Shown: in pieces, positions 63,269 through 64,000 of the stretch
How the letters are laid out: each line of letters starts with the position of its first letter
Numbering within the stretch: the first letter of the stretch is position 1
Source of the DNA: an uncultured Candidatus Bathyarchaeia archaeon
Lineage (GTDB): Archaea > Thermoproteota > Bathyarchaeia > Bathyarchaeales > Bathyarchaeaceae
DNA: 64,000 nucleotides
Direction: 5' to 3'
Assembly: GCA_964655075.1 (NCBI GenBank)
Contig: CAZZLD010000002.1
Coordinates: 99,140-163,139 of the forward strand
The notes under the pieces: model-generated
What the model saw: only the letters and a program-made list of their open reading frames with translations
Told to the model about the DNA's origin: nothing
Databases searched by the model: none
Position numbers and translations under genes: made by a program

Positions 63269-63979
63269 TCATATGACATCCTGTATAGTGAGGTTAAGTA
63301 CGATTTCTGCTATGTCGCTGGCATATTCAGCCGTTCTTCTTATGCTTTCGATGATAAGCCTCAAGCTGGAGGTCTCTTCAGCGCCAGTTTGTTTTGAGAC
63401 AGAACGTATTATTTCTCTTTCCATCAGGGTCACCTTTTTTGCCTTTTTGACTACCTCATCCGCCAGTTGGAAGTCTTGTTTAAACAAAGCCTCTATTGCA
63501 TCTTCAAAAACGGAAATTGCTGATGAACTCATATTTTGAATTCCCTGAAAAACTTCTTGGGCTATTGGTTTTTTCAATGACGAAACATTCTCTGCGATTC
63601 TAACAGCGTGGTCAGCTGTTCTTTCAACGGTTTTTGTTATAAGCCTATATCCCAGACAATCTCTCGCTGTGGCTAGACCTATCTCCTTTATGATTTTCTC
63701 GTTTGCTACTGCTGCCTTCAGTTGGCGGATGACGTATAGGCTGAAACGATCAACCTCATCGTCCATGGTTGCAACGTCATGGGCTAACGCCAAATCCAAT
63801 TCTCTCAGAGCCGTTATAGCGTCCTGATGCATGGAACTAGTTATGATGTACATTCTTCTCAGGGCACTTTGAACTGAGAGTTCAGGATAGCTGAGCAGTA
63901 CTTTCATAACTAGTTCCTTAGAAGAATCTGCTATGATCTCCGTTCCCACCAGCTTTCTGCGAGTGAAATCTTTTATCAC
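63269..63979 (-). CDS. phoU: PhoU-family phosphate uptake regulator-like protein (N-terminus may lie beyond the window)
   Basis: Two PhoU-type helical repeats (MDDEVDRFSLYVIRQL.. and ..IESIRRTAEYASDIAEIVLN). The frame stays open upstream of the GTG at 63979 to position 64000, so an N-terminal (for example AbrB-type) domain may be cut off. Confidence 0.7.
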   Translation of the reverse strand: MIKDFTRRKLVGTEIIADSSKELVMKVLLSYPELSVQSALRRMYIITSSMHQDAITALRELDLALAHDVATMDDEVDRFSLYVIRQLKAAVANEKIIKEIGLATARDCLGYRLITKTVERTADHAVRIAENVSSLKKPIAQEVFQGIQNMSSSAISVFEDAIEALFKQDFQLADEVVKKAKKVTLMEREIIRSVSKQTGAEETSSLRLIIESIRRTAEYASDIAEIVLNLTIQDVI

Positions 63980-64000
63980 TTTTCTCTGGGCGGAATCTAA

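Overview
Archaeal chromosomal segment. Unsplit rpoA, SepRS, TYW1/Taw1, eL30 and CARDB/dockerin surface proteins suggest a TACK-lineage, Bathyarchaeia-like organism; this is a guess from gene content only. I can support about 60 protein genes and one intron-containing tRNA. I saw no rRNA, CRISPR array, transposase or integrase. Housekeeping core: rpoB, fused rpoA, eL30, nusA (26.8-34.7 kb), S12-S7 (21.5-22.5 kb), SepRS, endonuclease V, Taw1, TatD, Ogg, a porGDAB-type 2-oxoacid:ferredoxin oxidoreductase and PhoU. Most interesting accessory content: (1) four RecA/KaiC-like paralogs at 44.3-50.1 kb, two fused to tandem V4R-type domains, with an Lrp regulator that has a Cys-rich tail; (2) a GNAT, short KamA-type aminomutase and two Ddl-like ATP-grasp genes wedged between nusA and S12 in the otherwise conserved RNAP/str cluster; (3) a 2.4-kb AT-rich islet at 55.3-57.8 kb, bounded by ~43-bp direct repeats, encoding a wHTH plus HKD-like (HxRx4D) protein; (4) a 26-bp perfect inverted repeat placed 62-63 nt upstream of two outward-facing genes, around a wHTH plus 7-TM cassette; (5) two paralogous coiled-coil proteins bracketing an orphan FtsX/MacB-like giant membrane protein, one apparently starting at CTG; (6) unusual surface-protein architectures (tandem C39-like domains with a nested cupredoxin-like insert, dockerins, a Trx-CARDB-CcdA fusion, PEF-CTERM). 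All family calls come from motif recognition by eye; no searches were run.
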